Source: a virus. From it: 64,000 bases of DNA. The stretch is taken from the UHGV virus genome UHGV-0176771; one strand, given 5' to 3'. The notes beneath the pieces are model-generated. The model was not told the origin of the DNA and made no database searches. It saw only the letters and a list, made by a program, of their open reading frames with translations. Shown here in pieces: positions 27,474-36,565 of the stretch; the first letter of the stretch is position 1; each line of letters opens with the position of its first letter. A program made the position numbers and the translations under genes.

Positions 27474-27551
27474 GAGAATAATATATTAGCTGCATATGGT
27501 GTCACAGCTATATGCAGTATTCCAAAATGACAAGTAAAAGGAGAATGAGAT

Positions 27552-28331
27552 TTGAAATCTATTTATGAAGTAAGTAAAAGATTGGTAATAAATGAAGAAA
27601 TATTTGTTTACATATCTGACGGCAATTTAAGATACATAGAGGATAAAGGCGATATGTACGATACGAAAGAAGTTGTTGATGTTGATTATATTAGGAAAAT
27701 GATAATTGATGAAATTATACCTTGGTCAAAAATAAAAAAATCTCTTATAAAAAAGGAAGAAGTATTTTGTTTTTGGGACGAGTTTGTCGTTAAGATAAAA
27801 AGTAAAAAAATACAAAATGCATATATACACACTCTTTTTAGTAAAAGGAATAGAGTGTTTACATTTGAAGATGCAAAAAAGAAATTGCCGTTAGATGAGT
27901 TTGTTGAGTATTTAAGTGAGCAGGATCAAAAGATTTTTTTAAATAAAACTTTCGTTTTATGGGAGGTGAATAAAGAAATGGGAAGAGATACTGAATTAAA
28001 AAATGCTGAATTGTATCGAGAAAACGGAGAATATTTTTTAGATTTGACGTATGTTGAAAAAGGTTGTGGCAATGAATGCGAATTGAAAATTCCAAAGGTG
28101 AGTTTAAATTTTTTGAATAGTGATTTTTATTTAAAACGTTCATCAGATGGTTATTTTGATAACTGTTCTATTGAATATTGTTATCCTAATCATGTCTCTC
28201 TTAATTTATTTCAAGATGATAATAAAGAATATTTTTATCAAAAACTACTAAAGAAAAAAATGACGATAAAAGACATCGAAAAAGAATTAGGATATGAAAT
28301 TGAACTAATAAATGAGGAAGAAGGTGAATAA
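27552..28331 (+). CDS. hypothetical protein
   Basis: 259-aa ORF with a TTG start after AAAGGAGAATGAGA. Confidence 0.4.
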   Translation: MKSIYEVSKRLVINEEIFVYISDGNLRYIEDKGDMYDTKEVVDVDYIRKMIIDEIIPWSKIKKSLIKKEEVFCFWDEFVVKIKSKKIQNAYIHTLFSKRNRVFTFEDAKKKLPLDEFVEYLSEQDQKIFLNKTFVLWEVNKEMGRDTELKNAELYRENGEYFLDLTYVEKGCGNECELKIPKVSLNFLNSDFYLKRSSDGYFDNCSIEYCYPNHVSLNLFQDDNKEYFYQKLLKKKMTIKDIEKELGYEIELINEEEGE

Positions 28332-28336
28332 ATAGC

Positions 28337-28861
28337 ATGTCAGAACACGGATTAGATTTTAGCAATATAAGACATGTTAAAGTTTGGCATGAACAGTTTG
28401 AAGCTATTAAAAATAAAGGGGAATTCTTAATTGTAGAAGATAAGACTAATGGTAAATGTGTGTCATTTACAAGAGATAATCCTGAAGGTCGTGAACAAGA
28501 TGAGTCTTATTTAAAATTAAAAAAGATATTAGAAGACACAAGAGAAATTGTAAGAAATTTAGAAAGAAAAAAGGAGAACAAGATTATGAGTAGTGAAAAA
28601 TTTATTGAATTATGTAAAGAAAATGTGGTGAAGTATTTTAATGAAAATGCTGATAAAACAGACAACGTACTTATTACGCAGGAAGATGTATATCTTGTGT
28701 GGTATTGCAAAACGCTACAGAATCATAAAGCATTATTAAGCACAAATATTTCTGACGGTATGTATTACGAACTTACATATAACGGTGATAAAAATGAATT
28801 GTATTTGGACGCTTATAAAAAATGGCAGAATGTAAAAATTAATTTGAACGAAGAGGAGTAA
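28337..28861 (+). CDS. hypothetical protein
   Basis: 174-aa ORF; RBS GGAAGAAGGTGAATAA. Confidence 0.4.
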   Translation: MSEHGLDFSNIRHVKVWHEQFEAIKNKGEFLIVEDKTNGKCVSFTRDNPEGREQDESYLKLKKILEDTREIVRNLERKKENKIMSSEKFIELCKENVVKYFNENADKTDNVLITQEDVYLVWYCKTLQNHKALLSTNISDGMYYELTYNGDKNELYLDAYKKWQNVKINLNEEE

Positions 28862-28867
28862 TTAAGT

Positions 28868-29371
28868 ATGGAGAATAACATTACAGTAAATATGGAGAAT
28901 CTTTCAGAAGAAGAAAGAGAACAGTTAATGAAATTGATTCAGAAATCCAATGGATCTAAAAGAAAGATTTGGAAGCCGAATTATGGGAGAAAATATTTTT
29001 ATATAAATGACTGCGGTGGAATTATGAATAGCGAATGGTACGATGATAGAATTGATAGTGAATTCTATAAAATTGGCAACTGCTTTAAAACTAAAGAAGG
29101 AGCAGAATTTGAATTAGAAAGAATAAAAGTAAAAACAGAATTGCGTCGATTTTCAGAAGAAAATAATGAGTATGAAATTGATTGGAAAGATAGGAAACAG
29201 GAGAAATGGGTCATTTTTTATAATTGTAAAGAAGAAATCATCAATCCAATGTATGTATATGATTTTTGTATTTGTAATATTTGTTTTACGTCAGAAGAGA
29301 TCGCACGACAGGCAATTAAATCTATTGGCGAGGAACGCTTAAAGAAATATTATTTTGGAATTGAGGATTGA
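28868..29371 (+). CDS. hypothetical protein
   Basis: 167-aa ORF; RBS GAGGAGTAATTAAGT. Confidence 0.4.
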   Translation: MENNITVNMENLSEEEREQLMKLIQKSNGSKRKIWKPNYGRKYFYINDCGGIMNSEWYDDRIDSEFYKIGNCFKTKEGAEFELERIKVKTELRRFSEENNEYEIDWKDRKQEKWVIFYNCKEEIINPMYVYDFCICNICFTSEEIARQAIKSIGEERLKKYYFGIED

Positions 29372-29829
29372 TTATGTTGATTGGTAAGACAGAATATGAT
29401 ACATTGCTTCGAAGCGTAGAAGATACAAATAGATTAGTCAGAGAAATTTATGAAGACCTGTGGTACTATACTCATCTTTACGAAGATTTAAAAGAACAGT
29501 TTGATGAAATTAACAGATATTTTAGATACGGAAACGAAAAAGGCATCGTTGTTGTTAATCCAAAAGGAGACCATTTTGTAGAAACAGATAAAGGAAGAAA
29601 ATGCGTTCATGATTGTTTTTACATCTATAAGAATGGTAAAGAATATAAAGTAAAAGGTGTTCTTTTAGGTGGAAGAGATAATGATCCGGGAGCTATTTTT
29701 GAAGCCGAACAGGATATAGACGATGTGGATATTATTAGGCTGAAAGAAACTTATATGGATAAGTATAGAGAGAAGCATGTTAATAAATATGTAATTAACT
29801 TAAGAAACTGCAATTGTGTAAAGATTTAA
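29368..29829 (+). CDS. hypothetical protein
   Basis: 153-aa ORF overlapping its upstream neighbour by 4 nt (ATGA). Confidence 0.4.
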   Translation: MIMLIGKTEYDTLLRSVEDTNRLVREIYEDLWYYTHLYEDLKEQFDEINRYFRYGNEKGIVVVNPKGDHFVETDKGRKCVHDCFYIYKNGKEYKVKGVLLGGRDNDPGAIFEAEQDIDDVDIIRLKETYMDKYREKHVNKYVINLRNCNCVKI

Positions 29830-29841
29830 AAAGGGGATGCT

Positions 29842-30051
29842 ATGAAAAAGAATTTTAAAATTACAGGATTCTCAGCATTTATATTTATCAGCATTCTGTT
29901 CTCCATTCAGTGTTTGCTTGTATGTGGAGCAATGAAATTATTAACGTTGATTTTACCTATTGACTTTAACCTGGAATTAACAGTTACAACATTTGTAGCA
30001 TGTAAAGCATTTCAGATTATTGGATATTTTGCTGGATTTAGAGGTGAATAA
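29842..30051 (+). CDS. hypothetical small membrane protein
   Basis: 69 aa; two hydrophobic helices; RBS AAAGGGGATGCT. Confidence 0.3.
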   Translation: MKKNFKITGFSAFIFISILFSIQCLLVCGAMKLLTLILPIDFNLELTVTTFVACKAFQIIGYFAGFRGE

Positions 30052-30415
30052 AACGAAAGAGGTGTTAAAAGAAGTGTGGGTTAGCAAGGATAGATTTGTG
30101 GAGCTAGAAGAAAAATATAAGAAGTTAGAAGAAAAATGTGATCGTATTGAAAGGATTTTAGAATATTCAGATGAACCAACATGTGTGTGTACATCATATA
30201 TTAATAGTGAATATTATTTGTATCTTGATGGAAAAGAATATGAGCTTAAAATTCCAAGTGATTTGAATATATATTATTTAGATAAAACTAATGAGGATAA
30301 AATTGTTAAAGTTAAATGCTATGAAAAGTTATGTCCATGGAGAAAAAGATACTATCTTTTTGATTTAAAATCTGGTGAAAAGATAGAAGTAAATTCAGAA
30401 GATATGAAAATTTAG
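30020..30415 (+). CDS. hypothetical protein
   Basis: ORF overlaps the previous gene; the true start is probably an internal GTG (30062 or 30077) after AAAGAGGTG. Coiled-coil-like. Confidence 0.3.
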   Translation: MDILLDLEVNKTKEVLKEVWVSKDRFVELEEKYKKLEEKCDRIERILEYSDEPTCVCTSYINSEYYLYLDGKEYELKIPSDLNIYYLDKTNEDKIVKVKCYEKLCPWRKRYYLFDLKSGEKIEVNSEDMKI

Positions 30416-30426
30416 TTTCATTATAA

Positions 30427-30732
30427 ATGAGAAGGGATAATATGAAAATAGGAAAATTATTAAATAAAGCCTACAAAAAGGGTGGGTATATTCGAATGAT
30501 TGACGGTCGTAAAAAAGGAGCTATTAGATATTCAAGAGCATGTGGAACTTTTGCTGAGGCAGATTATAAAACGGGTTCATTTATTTATAATGAAAATCAA
30601 AAACATAAGCCTGTTTATATAAATAATATAATGTTGCAATCTAAAGAATGGGAATATATACCTATGCCATGTAATTGTAGTTGTTGTGATATTTATAAAA
30701 AAGAATTAGTAGAGAAATATAATAATAGGTAA
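30427..30732 (+). CDS. hypothetical protein
   Basis: 101 aa; C-terminal CNCSCCD cluster. Confidence 0.4.
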   Translation: MRRDNMKIGKLLNKAYKKGGYIRMIDGRKKGAIRYSRACGTFAEADYKTGSFIYNENQKHKPVYINNIMLQSKEWEYIPMPCNCSCCDIYKKELVEKYNNR

Positions 30733-30737
30733 AGAGT

Positions 30738-31766
30738 ATGAATCTGAAACAAATTAAAGAAACGATAAAGAAACAAGAATATGATTTCTTAAAAGAGAAT
30801 GAGCACTTAGGTAACAATATTGTCTTACTTACGCTTGGCGGCAGTCACGCATATGGAATGGATAAAGAGGACAGTGATTTAGACGTAAGAGGAGTTACAC
30901 TAAATAGCAAAGAGGAAATTCTTCTTGGAAAAGACTTTGAACAGGTTGTAGAGATTGATACAGATACGACAGTTTATTCATTTAATAAAATTTTACAATT
31001 ACTAAAATCAAACAATCCTAACACTATTGAAATTTTAGGATGCAAACCTGAGCATTATTTATATTTGTCTGATGTTGGGAGAGAATTATTAAATAATAGA
31101 AAAATGTTCTTATCCAAGATTTGTATTAATTCTTTTGCAGGATACGCATCAAGCCAATTACGACGTATGGAGAACAAAGCTGCTAGATTAGTTGGACAGG
31201 CACAAAACGAAGAGTACATTTTAAAATCAATCAATAATGCAAGCTATGACTTTAAAAACCATTACTTCCCAATGAGTGATGGATCACTCAATCTTTATAC
31301 AGATAAAGCAGTGCAGGAAGGTTATGACACTGAAATTTTTATGGACATTGATTTAAAGCATTATCCACTAAGAGATTGGACTGGTATGTGGAATGAGATG
31401 AAAGCTATTGTAAGTAGTTATAACAAAATTGGTAGGCGAAACGAAAAAGCAATGAACAAGGACAAACTTGGAAAGCATATGGCTCATTTGATCAGATTAT
31501 ACATGATGTGTATTGACATTCTTGAAAAAGAAGAAATTATCACTTATCGAGATAAAGAACATAATTTACTTATGAGTATACGAAACGGAGAATACTTAGA
31601 TAGCAATAGACAGCCAACTTCTGAATTTTATGATTTGCTAAATGAGTATGAAAAACGTTTTGATTATGCCAAAGAAAATACTTCGTTGTCAGATGTGCCG
31701 GACTACAAGAGAATTGAAGAGTTCAAAATGTATATAAATGAACGAATTGTGAAAGGAGATATTTAA
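30738..31766 (+). CDS. Pol-beta-superfamily nucleotidyltransferase (RlaP/PF10127-like or MenT/AbiEii-like)
   Basis: 342 aa; N-terminal NTase signature LTLGGSHAYGMDKEDSDLDVRGV (GS...[DE]xD after a beta-strand), followed by a long alpha-helical region. Confidence 0.5.
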   Translation: MNLKQIKETIKKQEYDFLKENEHLGNNIVLLTLGGSHAYGMDKEDSDLDVRGVTLNSKEEILLGKDFEQVVEIDTDTTVYSFNKILQLLKSNNPNTIEILGCKPEHYLYLSDVGRELLNNRKMFLSKICINSFAGYASSQLRRMENKAARLVGQAQNEEYILKSINNASYDFKNHYFPMSDGSLNLYTDKAVQEGYDTEIFMDIDLKHYPLRDWTGMWNEMKAIVSSYNKIGRRNEKAMNKDKLGKHMAHLIRLYMMCIDILEKEEIITYRDKEHNLLMSIRNGEYLDSNRQPTSEFYDLLNEYEKRFDYAKENTSLSDVPDYKRIEEFKMYINERIVKGDI

Positions 31767-32728
31767 TGGATATTTCTGAAAAACTGAAAGAACGTTTCTG
31801 TAAAGATTGTAATATTCCATTGAAACTATTTAAGGAACCATATTTTACAGACAGACTTCAATTATATGATAACTATTACAATACATTGGATAAATGGAAT
31901 ATTTTTGTAAGAGAGTTAGAGAAATATAAGTGTGAGCAAGATTATCTTGAAGAATATAATCGAGTAAAGGATGCTGCAATAAAGGACATTAAAGATTCCG
32001 ATGGTTACAAGAGATTAAATGCTGAAGACATGGGAAAATATTCATTAAAATACAAAGATCTCCCAGGTAAAGATATTTATAAACCATCAAATGTTGGGAA
32101 ACTGTTTATTAGTATTGATATGAGAAAGGCAAATTTTTCAGCATTAAAATTTTATGCTAAAAGTATTTTTAGTAACTCTGATACATGGGAAGAATTTATT
32201 GAAAGATATACGGAGAATAAACATATCGTAAACAGCAAATATATTAGACAAGTTATTCTTGGAAACTGTAATCCTAAAAGGCAGGTGACTTATGAAAAAT
32301 ATTTGATGGGTCTTGTATTAGAAGTTCTTATTGATGAATTAGGATATTCCACTAGTGATATTGCGTTTTACTCTAATGATGAAATTGTTATTGATATGGG
32401 AAAATATAAAGGCTGTATAAATAAACAAAAAATATTAGAAATGGCAGTTAACGTACGTTTTAATATTCCATTCAGGATTGAATTGTTTTACTTACACAAA
32501 ATTACTGGTACAGATGGATATTGCAAGGAAATTGTAAAAAATATTATTGAAAGAGAATATGAATTTAAATGCTTAAACAATTATACATTACCATTTGTGC
32601 TGAGAAAGTTTAATGGAGAAGAAATCACTGAAAACGATAAAGTATTTTATCATGAAGGATTACTATCGAAATTTATGGAAGTACCAAATATGGAGGTAAA
32701 ATTGAATGAAAATAAATATTCCGTCTGA
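31766..32728 (+). CDS. hypothetical protein (320 aa) coupled between the NTase and the CCA-adding enzyme
   Basis: Start overlaps the upstream stop (ATG inside ...TTTAATGG); its end overlaps the CCA-adding enzyme start by 23 nt. No motif assigned. Confidence 0.45.
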   Translation: MDISEKLKERFCKDCNIPLKLFKEPYFTDRLQLYDNYYNTLDKWNIFVRELEKYKCEQDYLEEYNRVKDAAIKDIKDSDGYKRLNAEDMGKYSLKYKDLPGKDIYKPSNVGKLFISIDMRKANFSALKFYAKSIFSNSDTWEEFIERYTENKHIVNSKYIRQVILGNCNPKRQVTYEKYLMGLVLEVLIDELGYSTSDIAFYSNDEIVIDMGKYKGCINKQKILEMAVNVRFNIPFRIELFYLHKITGTDGYCKEIVKNIIEREYEFKCLNNYTLPFVLRKFNGEEITENDKVFYHEGLLSKFMEVPNMEVKLNENKYSV

Positions 32729-34043
32729 TGCAAATGAGTTGATTCATACACTTCAAAATCACGGACATTCCGCTTATGTGGTAGGTGGTTGTGTAAGAGA
32801 TAGCATCATTGGAAGACAAATTCACGATTGGGATATTTGTACATCTGCAACACCAGACGAAATGCTGGAGATTTTTAAGGATAAAAAAGTAATTGAAACT
32901 GGCTTAAAACACGGAACTATAACTGTTGTGGTAAAAGGAGAATCATATGAATTAACAACATTTCGTATTGATGGAAAATATTCTGATAGTCGTAGACCTG
33001 ATTCAGTAATTTTCACAAGTAGTTTAATTGAAGATTTAAAGAGACGTGATTTCACAATCAATGCAATGGCATATAATGATGACGAAGGATTAATTGATCC
33101 ATTTGGGGGATTAGAAGATATTGAATATAAAAAAATTCAATGTGTAGGTTCTGCAAAAGATAGATTTGGAGAAGATGCTTTAAGGATATTGAGAGCAATT
33201 CGTTTTGCTTCTCAACTTGAATTTGTGATGACCTCGGAAACAAGTTATGAAATCAATAAACAATACAAAAATTTGAAGAATATTTCGATTGAGAGAATAA
33301 ATAGTGAGTTTTGCAAAATCGCCGCATCAAGAGATTTCTGTGTAGAAATGGTTTTATATAAAGATGTGTTTGCATTGTTTATACCGGAATTAAAAGATAT
33401 GTTTGAATTCCAACAGAATAACCCATATCACGATTATGATGTTTACAGTCATACAGTACATTCAATTGAACATTGTAAATCCGATAATTTGGTTGTTAGA
33501 TTGGCGGTTTTCTTTCATGATATTGGAAAACCTCATTCATTTCAAGATGGCGAAGACGGTATTAGACACTTTAAAGGACATGGAAAAGTTAGTGCAGACA
33601 TTACAGACAATATTATGAAACGTCTCAAATTTGACAATGAAACAAGAAATAATGTGGTTGAATTGGTGTATTACCATGATGCAACCTTTGAGGTTGGTAA
33701 AAAATATGTGAGAAGATGGATCAATAAGATTGGAGTAGAACAGTTTAGAAGACTATTGGAAGTTAGGAAAGCAGATATTTTAGGACAGAAAGAATCTTAT
33801 GAACAGTATAGGATTGACAATGTCGATAATATTAAACAGATTCTTGAAGAAGTTCTACGAGAAGAAACATGTTTTACGCTTAAAGATTTAGCTGTTAATG
33901 GCAACGATTTAATGAGTATTGGTTATAAAGAAAACAAAGAATTAGGCAATACACTAAATGAATTATTACGATTAGTAATTGATGAAGAATGTCCTAATAA
34001 AAAAGAAAAATTATTAGAAGTAGCAATTGAAAGGAGAATGTAA
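32706..34043 (+). CDS. cca: CCA-adding tRNA nucleotidyltransferase (class II) with a C-terminal HD phosphohydrolase domain
   Basis: 445 aa; class II head motif VVGGCVRDSIIGRQIHDWDICT (GGxVRD...DxD) plus RDFTINAMAY; HD motif FFHDIGKP in the C-terminal half. Confidence 0.75.
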   Translation: MKINIPSDANELIHTLQNHGHSAYVVGGCVRDSIIGRQIHDWDICTSATPDEMLEIFKDKKVIETGLKHGTITVVVKGESYELTTFRIDGKYSDSRRPDSVIFTSSLIEDLKRRDFTINAMAYNDDEGLIDPFGGLEDIEYKKIQCVGSAKDRFGEDALRILRAIRFASQLEFVMTSETSYEINKQYKNLKNISIERINSEFCKIAASRDFCVEMVLYKDVFALFIPELKDMFEFQQNNPYHDYDVYSHTVHSIEHCKSDNLVVRLAVFFHDIGKPHSFQDGEDGIRHFKGHGKVSADITDNIMKRLKFDNETRNNVVELVYYHDATFEVGKKYVRRWINKIGVEQFRRLLEVRKADILGQKESYEQYRIDNVDNIKQILEEVLREETCFTLKDLAVNGNDLMSIGYKENKELGNTLNELLRLVIDEECPNKKEKLLEVAIERRM

Positions 34044-34952
34044 TTGATTAAATTATTCACACACCGGGATTTAGATGGAATAGGTTGTGCGATTTTGGCG
34101 CGATTGACATTCGGTGAAAATGTAGACATTACATATTGTAATTATGATGAAGTAGATGTACTTGTAAGAGAATATATTTCTAAAATAGACAAAGGACATG
34201 ATACATGTTTTATTACAGACATTTGTATTAAGGATGATTTGGCTTCTGTGATTGATGGTAATTATAAAAATAATTTTAAATTAATTGATCATCACAAAAC
34301 AGCATTAGAACTCAATAAATATGATTGGTGTACTGTTGAAACAGAGAATAATGATACAGGTCTTATGACAAGCGGTACAGAATTATTTAGTAAATATCTG
34401 ATTGACCATAAATATTTAGATGTGGATGTAAGTGATTTTGTAAGAATTGTAACAGATTACGACACATGGAGATGGTCAACACTTGGTAAGGACGGACTCG
34501 TTTCAAAAGATGTAAATGACTTGTTGTATTTATATGGAAGAGAAAAATTTGAAACGAGGTGTATTAGATGTATTGAATCTGGCAGATTTCCTCATTTTGA
34601 CCAAGAGTCAAGTTTAATGTTGTCATTTAACAGGAATGAAATTGAAAAATATATCAAAGAAAAAGATAAGACAATTATTGTTAAGTGCAATGGAGAATAT
34701 ATGTATGGTGTTGTTTTTGCAGATAAATATATCAGTGAATTAGGTAATGAATTATGTAAATTGAATAGAGAACTTGATTATATTGCAATTGTAAATATGA
34801 GTACACGTTCAGTTTCTTATAGAACTATCAAAGATGATATTGACATGGGTATGATTGCAAAGAAATATGGAGGCGGTGGTCATCCAAAAGCAGCAGGATC
34901 AAAATTTGATGTTTATAAACTTGCAAGATTTCTTGACGAATTATTAGATTAG
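34044..34952 (+). CDS. DHH/DHHA1 phosphoesterase, NrnA-like (oligoribonuclease / pAp-phosphatase family)
   Basis: TTG start after AAAGGAGAATG; DHH motifs FTHRDLDGIGCAIL, FITDI and LIDHH; DHHA1 motif KKYGGGGHPKAAG near the C-terminus; 302 aa fits the NrnA size class. Confidence 0.6.
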   Translation: MIKLFTHRDLDGIGCAILARLTFGENVDITYCNYDEVDVLVREYISKIDKGHDTCFITDICIKDDLASVIDGNYKNNFKLIDHHKTALELNKYDWCTVETENNDTGLMTSGTELFSKYLIDHKYLDVDVSDFVRIVTDYDTWRWSTLGKDGLVSKDVNDLLYLYGREKFETRCIRCIESGRFPHFDQESSLMLSFNRNEIEKYIKEKDKTIIVKCNGEYMYGVVFADKYISELGNELCKLNRELDYIAIVNMSTRSVSYRTIKDDIDMGMIAKKYGGGGHPKAAGSKFDVYKLARFLDELLD

Positions 34953-34968
34953 AGGAGAAATAAGAAAT

Positions 34969-35250
34969 ATGACGATATTAAATATTATCATGTGTCATTT
35001 GATTGGTGATTACGTTTTACAATGTGACTTTATTGCAAAGACGAAAGGTCAGAACTGGTATCACTTGTTTGTACATTGCTTTCTGTATTGTTTCCCATTT
35101 TATATTGTGTTTGGATTTACATGGCAGCTACCAATCATTTTTATTGTTCATGTAGTAACAGATGCATTAAAAGCAAGATGGAATAAAATAACTTATACTC
35201 AGGATCAAATTATACATTATGTGATTGCACTTATTTACTTGGCTTTTTGA
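34969..35250 (+). CDS. DUF3307-like small membrane protein
   Basis: 93 aa; HLIGDYVLQ near the N-terminus matches the DUF3307 H..DF.LQ signature; 2-3 TM helices. Confidence 0.4.
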   Translation: MTILNIIMCHLIGDYVLQCDFIAKTKGQNWYHLFVHCFLYCFPFYIVFGFTWQLPIIFIVHVVTDALKARWNKITYTQDQIIHYVIALIYLAF

Positions 35251-35296
35251 TAGTAAAAATTGAAAGAAGCATTATTTCATAAGGAGAATAAGAAAT

Positions 35297-35653
35297 ATGA
35301 AATTAACAAGAGAAGAAGCAGTCTCAGGACATAGAAAAATGTGGAATTGGATTGCAGATTGGGTTGAAGAAAAAGAAAATAGCGATGGGATTCAATGGTT
35401 GAAGAATAAGTATTGCACACAGAATAATCTTGAATTGAGAAGCGATTGCTTTTGTTGTGAATATACGCAAAGAAATTGTAGTGCCTGTCCGATTCAATGG
35501 GGTGGTTCTCTTGAAGATTTTATGTGTATGCAAAAATATGAAGAAGATGATGACGAAGGATTGTATGCATTATGTTGTAATGAACTAGATTGGGAAGAAC
35601 AGGCAAAATTAGCAAGACAAATTGCAAATTTACCAGAAAGACAGGATTTGTAA
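35297..35653 (+). CDS. hypothetical Cys-rich protein
   Basis: 118 aa; CFCCEYTQRNCSAC cluster; RBS AAGGAGAATAAGAAAT. Confidence 0.4.
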   Translation: MKLTREEAVSGHRKMWNWIADWVEEKENSDGIQWLKNKYCTQNNLELRSDCFCCEYTQRNCSACPIQWGGSLEDFMCMQKYEEDDDEGLYALCCNELDWEEQAKLARQIANLPERQDL

Positions 35654-35654
35654 T

Positions 35655-36020
35655 ATGGATAGGCTTACATATAGAACAGAATTAGGTGTTAGTTTAGATA
35701 TAGACGATAAATGCCCTACGTGTAGTATTTGCTGGAATTGTGATATCCCAGTAAGAGAATGTGGATACATATACGATGCACTAGAAAAACTTGCAGAATA
35801 TGAAGATACAAAATTGACACTTGAGCAGATACGGAACCTGAAGGAGCGTGATACAGCGAAGAAACCAAGTATCGAGGGAGACGGGTATGCTCCAGATGGA
35901 ACATTTATATGGGATACATGGATCTGTCCAAACTGTAATGAACATTATGAAATTGATTATGATGAATATGATTTTTGTCCGAAATGTGGACAAAGAATTG
36001 ACAGGAGGGAATTAGAATAA
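35655..36020 (+). CDS. hypothetical zinc-ribbon protein
   Basis: CPTCSICWNC ... CPNC...CPKCG; ATG at 35655 right after the upstream stop. The track ORF starts at 35622. Confidence 0.4.
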   Translation: MDRLTYRTELGVSLDIDDKCPTCSICWNCDIPVRECGYIYDALEKLAEYEDTKLTLEQIRNLKERDTAKKPSIEGDGYAPDGTFIWDTWICPNCNEHYEIDYDEYDFCPKCGQRIDRRELE

Positions 36021-36113
36021 AATGGCGAATAAGAGATACAACAATTTAAAAATTCAAAAATTTGTATTTCACGAACCCGCATGGTTGCTACGTTTGTTGG
36101 GGGTAAAAATCGA

Positions 36114-36350
36114 ATGAAACTGGAATTTCATACAAACAAAAACGAGATTAAGGTTATATCTCATCCGAGGAACAAGAAAGAGCTTTGGAGAGATATAGAT
36201 AAAGTATTAGAAGACAGAAGATTCAAGACATATTACCAGAGATTATATCTTGAGAATGATAAATTAAAAATAGATTTTGGATCACACACAGAATTCTTCT
36301 ATGTAACTGATTTGACAGTTGCAGATCTAAGAGAATTATCAATTGAGTAA
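36114..36350 (+). CDS. hypothetical protein
   Basis: ATG at 36114 after GGGGGTAAAAATCGA; the track ORF starts at 36081. Confidence 0.35.
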   Translation: MKLEFHTNKNEIKVISHPRNKKELWRDIDKVLEDRRFKTYYQRLYLENDKLKIDFGSHTEFFYVTDLTVADLRELSIE

Positions 36351-36565
36351 GATAATTCACATATAAAATTGCAAATCAATAGTTTCTATAAATCACAATT
36401 ATAGAATTGAATATTTTAAAAATTTGTCGTGAAAGAGCGACAGTTTCTTAAATGCACCCATTTTCGGGGTTTACATAGAAATTTACATATTAGTAATTCT
36501 ATGCTCCGGCTGCAGCGCGGTCGTTCACATATAAAAAATATACATACAAAAGGAGATTTTATTTT

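Noticed and set aside
36504-36523. Isolated GC-rich 20-mer CTCCGGCTGCAGCGCGGTCG upstream of the replication module, and ACCGCGGCGCAA at 47001-47012 after dnaE
   Set aside because: They are striking in an AT-rich genome and might be regulatory or origin-related. They are not repeated, the two are not the same motif, and I cannot tie them to a known site. Noted only.
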